A stretch of DNA of 64,000 nt from the human T2T-CHM13v2.0 reference genome, Homo sapiens, in the NCBI RefSeq assembly GCF_009914755.1, contig NC_060931.1. One strand, 5' to 3'. Below the pieces are notes generated by a model, which was given only the letters and a program-made list of their open reading frames with translations, was not told where the DNA came from and searched no databases. Shown one piece after another: positions 40,601 to 55,000 of the stretch; position 1 is the stretch's first letter; each line of letters starts with the position of its first letter. The position numbers and the translations under genes were made by a program.

Positions 40601-43600
40601 AACGGGATTTCTTCATTTCATGCTAGACAGAAGAATTCTCAGTAACTTCTTTGTGCTGTGTGTATTCAACTCACAGAGTGGAACGTCCCTTTGCACAGAG
40701 CAGATTTGAAACACTCTTTTTGTGGAGTTTGCAAGTGGAGATTTCAAGCGATTTGATGCCAACAGTAGAAAAGGAAATATCTTCAAATAGAAACTAGACA
40801 GAATCATTCTCAGAAACTACTTTGTGATGTGTGCCTTCAACTCACAGAGTTTAACCTTTCTTTTCTTAGAGCAGTTTAGAAACACTCTGCTTGTTATGTC
40901 TGCAAGTGGATATTTGGACCTCTTTGAGGCCTTCGTTGCAAACGGGGTTTCTTCCTTTCATGCTAGACTAAGAAGAGTTCTCAGTAACTTTTTTGTGTTG
41001 TGTGTATTCAACTCACAGAGTTGAACCTTGCTTTAGAGAGAGCAGATTTGAAACACTCTTGCTGTGGCATTTTCAGGTGGAGATTTCAAGCGATTTGAGG
41101 ACAATTGCAGAAAAGGAAATATCTTCGTATAATAACCAGACAGAATCATTCTCAGAAAGTGCTTTGTGATGTGTGCGTTCAACTCACAGAGTTTAACCTT
41201 TCTTTTCATAGAGGAGTTTGGAAACACACTGTTTGTAAAGTCTGCAAGTGGATATATGGACCTGTTTGAGGCCTTCGTTGGAAACGGGATTTCTTCATTG
41301 AATGCTAGACGGAAGAATTCTCAGTAAATTCTTTGTGTTGTGTGCATTCAACTCACAGAGTGGAACGTCCCTTTAGACACAGCAGATTTGAAACACTCTT
41401 TTTGCGGAATTTGCAAGTGGAGATTTCTAGCCATTTGATGCCAACAGTAGAAAGGGAAATATCTTCAAATAAAAACCAGACAGAATCATTCTCAGCAAAT
41501 TCTTTGTGATGTGTGCGTTCAACTCACATAGTTTAACCTTTCTTTTCATAGAGCAGTTTGGAAACACTCTGTTTGTAAAGTCTGCAAGTGGATATATGGA
41601 CCGCATTGAGGCCTTCGTTGGAAACGGGATTTCTTCATTTCATGCTAGACAGAAGAATTCTCAGTAACTTCTTTGTGCTGTGTGTATTCAACTCACAGAG
41701 TGGAACGTCCCTTTGCACAGAGCAGATTTGAAACACTCTTTTTGTGGAGTTTGCAAGTGGAGATTTCAAGCGATTTGATGCCAACAGTAGAAAAGGAAAT
41801 ATCTTCAAATAAAAACTAGACAGAATCATTCTCAGAAACTACTTTGTGATGTGTGCCTTCAACTCACAGAGTTCAACCTTTCTTTTCTTAGAGCAGTTTA
41901 GAAACACTCTGCTTGTTATGTCTGCAAGTGGATATTTGGACCTCTTTGAGGCCTTCGTTGCAAACGGGGTTTCTTCCTTTCATGCTAGACTAAGAAGAGT
42001 TCTCAGTAACTTTTTTGTGTTGTGTGTATTCAACTCACAGAGTTGAACCTTGCTTTAGAGAGAGCAGATTTGAAACACTCTTGCTGTGGCATTTTCAGGT
42101 GGAGATTTCAAGCGATTTGAGGACAATTGCAGAAAAGGAAATATCTTCGTATAATAACCAGACAGAATCATTCTCAGAAAGTGCTTTGTGATGTGTGCGT
42201 TCAACTCACAGAGTTTAACCTTTCTTTTCATAGAGGAGTTTGGAAACACACTGTTTGTAAAGTCTGCAAGTGGATACATGGACCTGTTTGAGGCCTTCGT
42301 TGGAAACGGGATTTCTTCATTGAATGCTAGACGGAAGAATTCTCAGTAAATTCTTTGTGTTGTGTGCATTCAACTCACAGAGTGGAACGTCCCTTTAGAC
42401 AGAGCAGATTTGAAACACTCTTTTTGCGGAATTTGCAAGTGGAGATTTCTAGCCATTTGATGCCAACAGTAGAAAGGGAAATATCTTCAAATAAAAACCA
42501 GACAGAATCATTCTCAGAAAATTCTTTGTGATGTGTGCGTTCAACTCACATAGTTTAACCTTTCTTTTCATAGAGCAGTTTGGAAACACTCTGTTTGTAA
42601 AGTCTGCAAGTGGATATATGGACCGCATTGAGGCCTTCGTTGGAAACGGGATTTCTTCATTTCATGCTAGACAGAAGAATTCTCAGTAACTTCTTTGTGC
42701 CGTGTGTATTCAACTCACAGAGTGGAACGTCCCTTTGCACAGAGCAGATTTGAAACACTCTTTTTGTGGAGTTTGCAAGTGGAGATTTCAAGCGATTTGA
42801 TGCCAACAGTAGAAAAGGAAATATCTTCAAATAAAAACTAGACAGAATCATTCTCAGAAACTACTTTGTGATGTGTGCCTTCAACTCACAGAGTTTAACC
42901 TTTCTTTTCTTAGAGCAGTTTAGAAACACTCTGCTTGTTATGTCTGCAAGTGGATATTTGGACCTCTTTGAGGCCTTCGTTGCAAACGGGGTTTCTTCCT
43001 TTCATGCTAGACTAAGAAGAGTTCTCAGTAACTTTTTTGTGTTGTGTGTATTCAACTCACAGAGTTGAACCTTGCTTTAGAGAGAGCAGATTTGAAACAC
43101 TCTTGCTGTGGCATTTTCAGGTGGAGATTTCAAGCGATTTGAGGACAATTGCAGAAAAGGAAATATCTTCGTATAATAACCAGACAGAATCATTCTCAGA
43201 AAGTGCTTTGTGATGTGTGCGTTCAACTCACAGAGTTTAACCTTTCTTTTCATAGAGGAGTTTGGAAACACACTGTTTGTAAAGTCTGCAAGTGGATATA
43301 TGGACCTGTTTGAGGCCTTCGTTGGAAACGGGATTTCTTCATTGAATGCTAGACGGAAGAATTCTCAGTAAATTCTTTGTGTTGTGTGCATTCAACTCAC
43401 AGAGTGGAACGTCCCTTTAGACAGAGCAGATTTGAAACACTCTTTTTGCGGAATTTGCAAGTGGAGATTTCTAGCCATTTGATGCCAACAGTAGAAAGGG
43501 AAATATCTTCAAATAAAAACCAGACAGAATCATTCTCAGAAAATTCTTTGTGATGTGTGCGTTCAACTCACATAGTTTAACCTTTCTTTTCATAGAGCAG

Positions 43601-44911
43601 TTTGGAAACACTCTGTTTGTAAAGTCTGCAAGTGGATATATGGACCGCATTGAGGCCTTCGTTGGAAACGGGATTTCTTCATTTCATGCTAGACAGAAGA
43701 ATTCTCAGTAACTTCTTTGTGCTGTGTGTATTCAACTCACAGAGTGGAACGTCCCTTTGCACAGAGCAGATTTGAAACACTCTTTTTGTGGAGTTTGCAA
43801 GTGGAGATTTCAAGCGATTTGATGCCAACAGTAGAAAAGGAAATATCTTCAAATAAAAACTAGACAGAATCATTCTCAGAAACTACTTTGTGATGTGTGC
43901 CTTCAACTCACAGAGTTCAACCTTTCTTTTCTTAGAGCAGTTTAGAAACACTCTGCTTGTTATGTCTGCAAGTGGATATTTGGACCTCTTTGAGGCCTTC
44001 GTTGCAAACGGGGTTTCTTCCTTTCATGCTAGACTAAGAAGAGTTCTCAGTAACTTTTTTGTGTTGTGTGTATTCAACTCACAGAGTTGAACCTTGCTTT
44101 AGAGAGAGCAGATTTGAAACACTCTTGCTGTGGCATTTTCAGGTGGAGATTTCAAGCGATTTGAGGACAATTGCAGAAAAGGAAATATCTTCGTATAATA
44201 ACCAGACAGAATCATTCTCAGAAAGTGCTTTGTGATGTGTGCGTTCAACTCACAGAGTTTAACCTTTCTTTTCATAGAGGAGTTTGGAAACACACTGTTT
44301 GTAAAGTCTGCAAGTGGATACATGGACCTGTTTGAGGCCTTCGTTGGAAACGGGATTTCTTCATTGAATGCTAGACGGAAGAATTCTCAGTAAATTCTTT
44401 GTGTTGTGTGCATTCAACTCACAGAGTGGAACGTCCCTTTAGACAGAGCAGATTTGAAACACTCTTTTTGCGGAATTTGCAAGTGGAGATTTCTAGCCAT
44501 TTGATGCCAACAGTAGAAAGGGAAATATCTTCAAATAAAAACCAGACAGAATCATTCTCAGAAAATTCTTTGTGATGTGTGCGTTCAACTCACATAGTTT
44601 AACCTTTCTTTTCATAGAGCAGTTTGGAAACACTCTGTTTGTAAAGTCTGCAAGTGGATATATGGACCGCATTGAGGCCTTCGTTGGAAACGGGATTTCT
44701 TCATTTCATGCTAGACAGAAGAATTCTCAGTAACTTCTTTGTGCCGTGTGTATTCAACTCACAGAGTGGAACGTCCCTTTGCACAGAGCAGATTTGAAAC
44801 ACTCTTTTTGTGGAGTTTGCAAGTGGAGATTTCAAGCGATTTGATGCCAACAGTAGAAAAGGAAATATCTTCAAATAAAAACTAGACAGAATCATTCTCA
44901 GAAACTACTTT

Positions 44912-45593
44912 GTGATGTGTGCCTTCAACTCACAGAGTTCAACCTTTCTTTTCTTAGAGCAGTTTAGAAACACTCTGTTTGTTATGTCTGCAAGTGGATA
45001 TTTGGACCTCTTTGAGGCCTTCGTTGCAAACGGGGTTTCTTCCTTTCATGCTAGACTAAGAAGAGTTCTCAGTAACTTTTTTGTGTTGTGTGTATTCAAC
45101 TCACAGAGTTGAACCTTGCTTTAGAGAGAGCAGATTTGAAACACTCTTGCTGTGGCATTTTCAGGTGGAGATTTCAAGCGATTTGAGGACAATTGCAGAA
45201 AAGGAAATATCTTCGTATAATAACCAGACAGAATCATTCTCAGAAAGTGCTTTGTGATGTGTGCGTTCAACTCACAGAGTTTAACCTTTCTTTTCATAGA
45301 GGAGTTTGGAAACACACTGTTTGTAAAGTCTGCAAGTGGATACATGGACCTGTTTGAGGCCTTCGTTGGAAACGGGATTTCTTCATTGAATGCTAGACGG
45401 AAGAATTCTCAGTAAATTCTTTGTGTTGTGTGCATTCAACTCACAGAGTGGAACGTCCCTTTAGACAGAGCAGATTTGAAACACTCTTTTTTCGGAATTT
45501 GCAAGTGGAGATTTCTAGCCATTTGATGCCAACAGTAGAAAGGGAAATATCTTCAAATAAAAACTAGACAGAATCATTCTCAGAAAATTCTTT
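44912..45593 (+). repeat. 4-mer HOR variant (682 bp)
   Basis: ORF spacing 44912 to 45594; junction at 45542-45605. Confidence 0.93.
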
Positions 45594-46029
45594 GTGATGT
45601 GTGCCTTCAACTCACAGAGTTTAACCTTTCTTTTCTTAGAGCAGTTTAGAAACACTCTGCTTGTTATGTCTGCAAGTGGATATTTGGACCTCTTTGAGGC
45701 CTTCGTTGCAAACGGGGTTTCTTCCTTTCATGCTAGACTAAGAAGAGTTCTCAGTAACTTTTTTGTGTTGTGTGTATTCAACTCACAGAGTTGAACCTTG
45801 CTTTAGAGAGAGCAGATTTGAAACACTCTTGCTGTGGCATTTTCAGGTGGAGATTTCAAGCGATTTGAGGACAATTGCAGAAAAGGAAATATCTTCGTAT
45901 AATAACCAGACAGAATCATTCTCAGAAAGTGCTTTGTGATGTGTGCGTTCAACTCACAGAGTTTAACCTTTCTTTTCATAGAGGAGTTTGGAAACACACT
46001 GTTTGTAAAGACTGCAAGTGGATATATGG

Positions 46030-49000
46030 ACCTGTTTGAGGCCTTCGTTGGAAACGGGATTTCTTCATTGAATGCTAGACGGAAGAATTCTCAGTAAATT
46101 CTTTGTGTTGTGTGCATTCAACTCACAGAGTGGAACGTCCCTTTAGACAGAGCAGATTTGAAACACTCTTTTTGCGGAATTTGCAAGTGGAGATTTCTAG
46201 CCATTTGATGCCAACAGTAGAAAGGGAAATATCTTCAAATAAAAACCAGACAGAATCATTCTCAGAAAATTCTTTGTGATGTGTGCGTTCAACTCACATA
46301 GTTTAACCTTTCTTTTCATAGAGCAGTTTGGAAACACTCTGTTTGTAAAGTCTGCAAGTGGATATATGGACCGCATTGAGGCCTTCGTTGGAAACGGGAT
46401 TTCTTCATTTCATGCTAGACAGAAGAATTCTCAGTAACTTCTTTGTGCCGTGTGTATTCAACTCACAGAGTGGAACGTCCCTTTGCACAGAGCAGATTTG
46501 AAACACTCTTTTTGTGGAGTTTGCAAGTGGAGATTTCAAGCGATTTGATGCCAACAGTAGAAAAGGAAATATCTTCAAATAAAAACTAGACAGAATCATT
46601 CTCAGAAACTACTTTGTGATGTGTGCCTTCAACTCACAGAGTTTAACCTTTCTTTTCTTAGAGCAGTTTAGAAACACTCTGCTTGTTATGTCTGCAAGTG
46701 GATATTTGGACCTCTTTGAGGCCTTCGTTGCAAACGGGGTTTCTTCCTTTCATGCTAGACTAAGAAGAGTTCTCAGTAACTTTTTTGTGTTGTGTGTATT
46801 CAACTCACAGAGTTGAACCTTGCTTTAGAGAGAGCAGATTTGAAACACTCTTGCTGTGGCATTTTCAGGTGGAGATTTCAAGCGATTTGAGGACAATTGC
46901 AGAAAAGGAAATATCTTCGTATAATAACCAGACAGAATCATTCTCAGAAAGTGCTTTGTGATGTGTGCGTTCAACTCACAGAGTTTAACCTTTCTTTTCA
47001 TAGAGGAGTTTGGAAACACACTGTTTGTAAAGTCTGCAAGTGGATATATGGACCTGTTTGAGGCCTTCGTTGGAAACGGGATTTCTTCATTGAATGCTAG
47101 ACGGAAGAATTCTCAGTAAATTCTTTGTGTTGTGTGCATTCAACTCACAGAGTGGAACGTCCCTTTAGACAGAGCAGATTTGAAACACTCTTTTTGCGGA
47201 ATTTGCAAGTGGAGATTTCTAGCCATTTGATGCCAACAGTAGAAAGGGAAATATCTTCAAATAAAAACCAGACAGAATCATTCTCAGAAAATTCTTTGTG
47301 ATGTGTGCGTTCAACTCACATAGTTTAACCTTTCTTTTCATAGAGCAGTTTGGAAACACTCTGTTTGTAAAGTCTGCAAGTGGATATATGGACCGCATTG
47401 AGGCCTTCGTTGGAAACGGGATTTCTTCATTTCATGCTAGACAGAAGAATTCTCAGTAACTTCTTTGTGCCGTGTGTATTCAACTCACAGAGTGGAACGT
47501 CCCTTTGCACAGAGCAGATTTGAAACACTCTTTTTGTGGAGTTTGCAAGTGGAGATTTCAAGCGATTTGATGCCAACAGTAGAAAAGGAAATATCTTCAA
47601 ATAAAAACTAGACAGAATCATTCTCAGAAACTACTTTGTGATGTGTGCCTTCAACTCACAGAGTTTAACCTTTCTTTTCTTAGAGCAGTTTAGAAACACT
47701 CTGCTTGTTATGTCTGCAAGTGGATATTTGGACCTCTTTGAGGCCTTCGTTGCAAACGGGGTTTCTTCCTTTCATGCTAGACTAAGAAGAGTTCTCAGTA
47801 ACTTTTTTGTGTTGTGTGTATTCAACTCACAGAGTTGAACCTTGCTTTAGAGAGAGCAGATTTGAAACACTCTTGCTGTGGCATTTTCAGGTGGAGATTT
47901 CAAGCGATTTGAGGACAATTGCAGAAAAGGAAATATCTTCGTATAATAACCAGACAGAATCATTCTCAGAAAGTGCTTTGTGATGTGTGCGTTCAACTCA
48001 CAGAGTTTAACCTTTCTTTTCATAGAGGAGTTTGGAAACACACTGTTTGTAAAGTCTGCAAGTGGATATATGGACCTGTTTGAGGCCTTCGTTGGAAACG
48101 GGATTTCTTCATTGAATGCTAGACGGAAGAATTCTCAGTAAATTCTTTGTGTTGTGTGCATTCAACTCACAGAGTGGAACGTCCCTTTAGACAGAGCAGA
48201 TTTGAAACACTCTTTTTGCGGAATTTGCAAGTGGAGATTTCTAGCCATTTGATGCCAACAGTAGAAAGGGAAATATCTTCAAATAAAAACCAGACAGAAT
48301 CATTCTCAGAAAATTCTTTGTGATGTGTGCGTTCAACTCACATAGTTTAACCTTTCTTTTCATAGAGCAGTTTGGAAACACTCTGTTTGTAAAGTCTGCA
48401 AGTGGATATATGGACCGCATTGAGGCCTTCGTTGGAAACGGGATTTCTTCATTTCATGCTAGACAGAAGAATTCTCAGTAACTTCTTTGTGCTGTGTGTA
48501 TTCAACTCACAGAGTGGAACGTCCCTTTGCACAGAGCAGATTTGAAACACTCTTTTTGTGGAGTTTGCAAGTGGAGATTTCAAGCGATTTGATGCCAACA
48601 GTAGAAAAGGAAATATCTTCAAATAAAAACTAGACAGAATCATTCTCAGAAACTACTTTGTGATGTGTGCCTTCAACTCACAGAGTTTAACCTTTCTTTT
48701 CTTAGAGCAGTTTAGAAACACTCTGCTTGTTATGTCTGCAAGTGGATATTTGGACCTCTTTGAGGCCTTCGTTGCAAACGGGGTTTCTTCCTTTCATGCT
48801 AGACTAAGAAGAGTTCTCAGTAACTTTTTTGTGTTGTGTGTATTCAACTCACAGAGTTGAACCTTGCTTTAGAGAGAGCAGATTTGAAACACTCTTGCTG
48901 TGGCATTTTCAGGTGGAGATTTCAAGCGATTTGAGGACAATTGCAGAAAAGGAAATATCTTCGTATAATAACCAGACAGAATCATTCTCAGAAAGTGCTT

Positions 49001-52000
49001 TGTGATGTGTGCGTTCAACTCACAGAGTTTAACCTTTCTTTTCATAGAGGAGTTTGGAAACACACTGTTTGTAAAGTCTGCAAGTGGATATATGGACCTG
49101 TTTGAGGCCTTCGTTGGAAACGGGATTTCTTCATTGAATGCTAGACGGAAGAATTCTCAGTAAATTCTTTGTGTTGTGTGCATTCAACTCACAGAGTGGA
49201 ACGTCCCTTTAGACAGAGCAGATTTGGAACACTCTTTTTGCGGAATTTGCAAGTGGAGATTTCTAGCCATTTGATGCCAACAGTAGAAAGGGAAATATCT
49301 TCAAATAAAAACCAGACAGAATCATTCTCAGCAAATTCTTTGTGATGTGTGCGTTCAACTCACATAGTTTAACCTTTCTTTTCATAGAGCAGTTTGGAAA
49401 CACTCTGTTTGTAAAGTCTGCAAGTGGATATATGGACCGCATTGAGGCCTTCGTTGGAAACGGGATTTCTTCATTTCATGCTAGACAGAAGAATTCTCAG
49501 TAACTTCTTTGTGCTGTGTGTATTCAACTCACAGAGTGGAACGTCCCTTTGCACAGAGCAGATTTGAAACACTCTTTTTGTGGAGTTTGCAAGTGGAGAT
49601 TTCAAGCGATTTGATGCCAACAGTAGAAAAGGAAATATCTTCAAATAAAAACTAGACAGAATCATTCTCAGAAACTACTTTGTGATGTGTGCCTTCAACT
49701 CACAGAGTTCAACCTTTCTTTTCTTAGAGCAGTTTAGAAACACTCTGCTTGTTATGTCTGCAAGTGGATATTTGGACCTCTTTGAGGCCTTCGTTGCAAA
49801 CGGGGTTTCTTCCTTTCATGCTAGACTAAGAAGAGTTCTCAGTAACTTTTTTGTGTTGTGTGTATTCAACTCACAGAGTTGAACCTTGCTTTAGAGAGAG
49901 CAGATTTGAAACACTCTTGCTGTGGCATTTTCAGGTGGAGATTTCAAGCGATTTGAGGACAATTGCAGAAAAGGAAATATCTTCGTATAATAACCAGACA
50001 GAATCATTCTCAGAAAGTGCTTTGTGATGTGTGCGTTCAACTCACAGAGTTTAACCTTTCTTTTCATAGAGGAGTTTGGAAACACACTGTTTGTAAAGTC
50101 TGCAAGTGGATACATGGACCTGTTTGAGGCCTTCGTTGGAAACGGGATTTCTTCATTGAATGCTAGACGGAAGAATTCTCAGTAAATTCTTTGTGTTGTG
50201 TGCATTCAACTCACAGAGTGGAACGTCCCTTTAGACAGAGCAGATTTGAAACACTCTTTTTGCGGAATTTGCAAGTGGAGATTTCTAGCCATTTGATGCC
50301 AACAGTAGAAAGGGAAATATCTTCAAATAAAAACCAGACAGAATCATTCTCAGCAAATTCTTTGTGATGTGTGCGTTCAACTCACATAGTTTAACCTTTC
50401 TTTTCATAGAGCAGTTTGGAAACACTCTGTTTGTAAAGTCTGCAAGTGGATATATGGACCGCATTGAGGCCTTCGTTGGAAACGGGATTTCTTCATTTCA
50501 TGCTAGACAGAAGAATTCTCAGTAACTTCTTTGTGCTGTGTGTATTCAACTCACAGAGTGGAACGTCCCTTTGCACAGAGCAGATTTGAAACACTCTTTT
50601 TGTGGAGTTTGCAAGTGGAGATTTCAAGCGATTTGATGCCAACAGTAGAAAAGGAAATATCTTCAAATAAAAACTAGACAGAATCATTCTCAGAAACTAC
50701 TTTGTGATGTGTGCCTTCAACTCACAGAGTTTAACCTTTCTTTTCTTAGAGCAGTTTAGAAACACTCTGCTTGTTATGTCTGCAAGTGGATATTTGGACC
50801 TCTTTGAGGCCTTCGTTGCAAACGGGTTTTCTTCCTTTCATGCTAGACTAAGAAGAGTTCTCAGTAACTTTTTTGTGTTGTGTGTATTCAACTCACAGAG
50901 TTGAACCTTGCTTTAGAGAGAGCAGATTTGAAACACTCTTGCTGTGGCATTTTCAGCTGGAGATTTCAAGCGATTTGAGGACAATTGCAGAAAAGGAAAT
51001 ATCTTCGTATAATAACCAGACAGAATCATTCTCAGAAAGTGCTTTGTGATGTGTGCGTTCAACTCACAGAGTTTAACCTTTCTTTTCATAGAGGAGTTTG
51101 GAAACACACTGTTTGTAAAGTCTGCAAGTGGATACATGGACCTGTTTGAGGCCTTCGTTGGAAACGGGATTTCTTCATTGAATGCTAGACGGAAGAATTC
51201 TCAGTAAATTCTTTGTGTTGTGTGCATTCAACTCACAGAGTGGAACGTCCCTTTAGACAGAGCAGATTTGAAACACTCTTTTTGCGGAATTTGCAAGTGG
51301 AGATTTCTAGCCATTTGATGCCAACAGTAGAAAGGGAAATATCTTCAAATAAAAACCAGACAGAATCATTCTCAGAAAATTCTTTGTGATGTGTGCGTTC
51401 AACTCACATAGTTTAACCTTTCTTTTCATAGAGCAGTTTGGAAACACTCTGTTTGTAAAGTCTGCAAGTGGATATATGGACCGCATTGAGGCCTTCGTTG
51501 GAAACGGGATTTCTTCATTTCATGCTAGACAGAAGAATTCTCAGTAACTTCTTTGTGCTGTGTGTATTCAACTCACAGAGTGGAACGTCCCTTTGCACAG
51601 AGCAGATTTGAAACACTCTTTTTGTGGAGTTTGCAAGTGGAGATTTCAAGCGATTTGATGCCAACAGTAGAAAAGGAAATATCTTCAAATAGAAACTAGA
51701 CAGAATCATTCTCAGAAACTACTTTGTGATGTGTGCCTTCAACTCACAGAGTTTAACCTTTCTTTTCTTAGAGCAGTTTAGAAACACTCTGCTTGTTATG
51801 TCTGCAAGTGGATATTTGGACCTCTTTGAGGCCTTCGTTGCAAACGGGGTTTCTTCCTTTCATGCTAGACTAAGAAGAGTTCTCAGTAACTTTTTTGTGT
51901 TGTGTGTATTCAACTCACAGAGTTGAACCTTGCTTTAGAGAGAGCAGATTTGAAACACTCTTGCTGTGGCATTTTCAGGTGGAGATTTCAAGCGATTTGA

Positions 52001-55000
52001 GGACAATTGCAGAAAAGGAAATATCTTCGTATAATAACCAGACAGAATCATTCTCAGAAAGTGCTTTGTGATGTGTGCGTTCAACTCACAGAGTTTAACC
52101 TTTCTTTTCATAGAGGAGTTTGGAAACACACTGTTTGTAAAGTCTGCAAGTGGATATATGGACCTGTTTGAGGCCTTCGTTGGAAACGGGATTTCTTCAT
52201 TGAATGCTAGACGGAAGAATTCTCAGTAAATTCTTTGTGTTGTGTGCATTCAACTCACAGAGTGGAACGTCCCTTTAGACACAGCAGATTTGAAACACTC
52301 TTTTTGCGGAATTTGCAAGTGGAGATTTCTAGCCATTTGATGCCAACAGTAGAAAGGGAAATATCTTCAAATAAAAACCAGACAGAATCATTCTCAGCAA
52401 ATTCTTTGTGATGTGTGCGTTCAACTCACATAGTTTAACCTTTCTTTTCATAGAGCAGTTTGGAAACACTCTGTTTGTAAAGTCTGCAAGTGGATATATG
52501 GACCGCATTGAGGCCTTCGTTGGAAACGGGATTTCTTCATTTCATGCTAGACAGAAGAATTCTCAGTAACTTCTTTGTGCTGTGTGTATTCAACTCACAG
52601 AGTGGAACGTCCCTTTGCACAGAGCAGATTTGAAACACTCTTTTTGTGGAGTTTGCAAGTGGAGATTTCAAGCGATTTGATGCCAACAGTAGAAAAGGAA
52701 ATATCTTCAAATAAAAACTAGACAGAATCATTCTCAGAAACTACTTTGTGATGTGTGCCTTCAACTCACAGAGTTCAACCTTTCTTTTCTTAGAGCAGTT
52801 TAGAAACACTCTGCTTGTTATGTCTGCAAGTGGATATTTGGACCTCTTTGAGGCCTTCGTTGCAAACGGGGTTTCTTCCTTTCATGCTAGACTAAGAAGA
52901 GTTCTCAGTAACTTTTTTGTGTTGTGTGTATTCAACTCACAGAGTTGAACCTTGCTTTAGAGAGAGCAGATTTGAAACACTCTTGCTGTGGCATTTTCAG
53001 GTGGAGATTTCAAGCGATTTGAGGACAATTGCAGAAAAGGAAATATCTTCGTATAATAACCAGACAGAATCATTCTCAGAAAGTGCTTTGTGATGTGTGC
53101 GTTCAACTCACAGAGTTTAACCTTTCTTTTCATAGAGGAGTTTGGAAACACACTGTTTGTAAAGTCTGCAAGTGGATACATGGACCTGTTTGAGGCCTTC
53201 GTTGGAAACGGGATTTCTTCATTGAATGCTAGACGGAAGAATTCTCAGTAAATTCTTTGTGTTGTGTGCATTCAACTCACAGAGTGGAACGTCCCTTTAG
53301 ACAGAGCAGATTTGAAACACTCTTTTTGCGGAATTTGCAAGTGGAGATTTCTAGCCATTTGATGCCAACAGTAGAAAGGGAAATATCTTCAAATAAAAAC
53401 CAGACAGAATCATTCTCAGAAAATTCTTTGTGATGTGTGCGTTCAACTCACATAGTTTAACCTTTCTTTTCATAGAGCAGTTTGGAAACACTCTGTTTGT
53501 AAAGTCTGCAAGTGGATATATGGACCGCATTGAGGCCTTCGTTGGAAACGGGATTTCTTCATTTCATGCTAGACAGAAGAATTCTCAGTAACTTCTTTGT
53601 GCCGTGTGTATTCAACTCACAGAGTGGAACGTCCCTTTGCACAGAGCAGATTTGAAACACTCTTTTTGTGGAGTTTGCAAGTGGAGATTTCAAGCGATTT
53701 GATGCCAACAGTAGAAAAGGAAATATCTTCAAATAAAAACTAGACAGAATCATTCTCAGAAACTACTTTGTGATGTGTGCCTTCAACTCACAGAGTTTAA
53801 CCTTTCTTTTCTTAGAGCAGTTTAGAAACACTCTGCTTGTTATGTCTGCAAGTGGATATTTGGACCTCTTTGAGGCCTTCGTTGCAAACGGGGTTTCTTC
53901 CTTTCATGCTAGACTAAGAAGAGTTCTCAGTAACTTTTTTGTGTTGTGTGTATTCAACTCACAGAGTTGAACCTTGCTTTAGAGAGAGCAGATTTGAAAC
54001 ACTCTTGCTGTGGCATTTTCAGGTGGAGATTTCAAGCGATTTGAGGACAATTGCAGAAAAGGAAATATCTTCGTATAATAACCAGACAGAATCATTCTCA
54101 GAAAGTGCTTTGTGATGTGTGCGTTCAACTCACAGAGTTTAACCTTTCTTTTCATAGAGGAGTTTGGAAACACACTGTTTGTAAAGTCTGCAAGTGGATA
54201 TATGGACCTGTTTGAGGCCTTCGTTGGAAACGGGATTTCTTCATTGAATGCTAGACGGAAGAATTCTCAGTAAATTCTTTGTGTTGTGTGCATTCAACTC
54301 ACAGAGTGGAACGTCCCTTTAGACAGAGCAGATTTGAAACACTCTTTTTGCGGAATTTGCAAGTGGAGATTTCTAGCCATTTGATGCCAACAGTAGAAAG
54401 GGAAATATCTTCAAATAAAAACCAGACAGAATCATTCTCAGAAAATTCTTTGTGATGTGTGCGTTCAACTCACATAGTTTAACCTTTCTTTTCATAGAGC
54501 AGTTTGGAAACACTCTGTTTGTAAAGTCTGCAAGTGGATATATGGACCGCATTGAGGCCTTCGTTGGAAACGGGATTTCTTCATTTCATGCTAGACAGAA
54601 GAATTCTCAGTAACTTCTTTGTGCCGTGTGTATTCAACTCACAGAGTGGAACGTCCCTTTGCACAGAGCAGATTTGAAACACTCTTTTTGTGGAGTTTGC
54701 AAGTGGAGATTTCAAGCGATTTGATGCCAACAGTAGAAAAGGAAATATCTTCAAATAAAAACTAGACAGAATCATTCTCAGAAACTACTTTGTGATGTGT
54801 GCCTTCAACTCACAGAGTTTAACCTTTCTTTTCTTAGAGCAGTTTAGAAACACTCTGCTTGTTATGTCTGCAAGTGGATATTTGGACCTCTTTGAGGCCT
54901 TCGTTGCAAACGGGGTTTCTTCCTTTCATGCTAGACTAAGAAGAGTTCTCAGTAACTTTTTTGTGTTGTGTGTATTCAACTCACAGAGTTGAACCTTGCT

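Larger units (their letters stand above)
32400..54600 (+). repeat. Recent tandem duplication with a 10,902-bp unit (10 six-mers + 1 four-mer)
   Basis: Marker pairs at exact offset 10902: 34076/44978, 34590/45492, the 4-mers, 35109/46011, 38325/49227, 38430/49332, 39452/50354, 39925/50827, 40055/50957, 40790/51692, 41496/52398. Boundaries are approximate. Confidence 0.9.
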
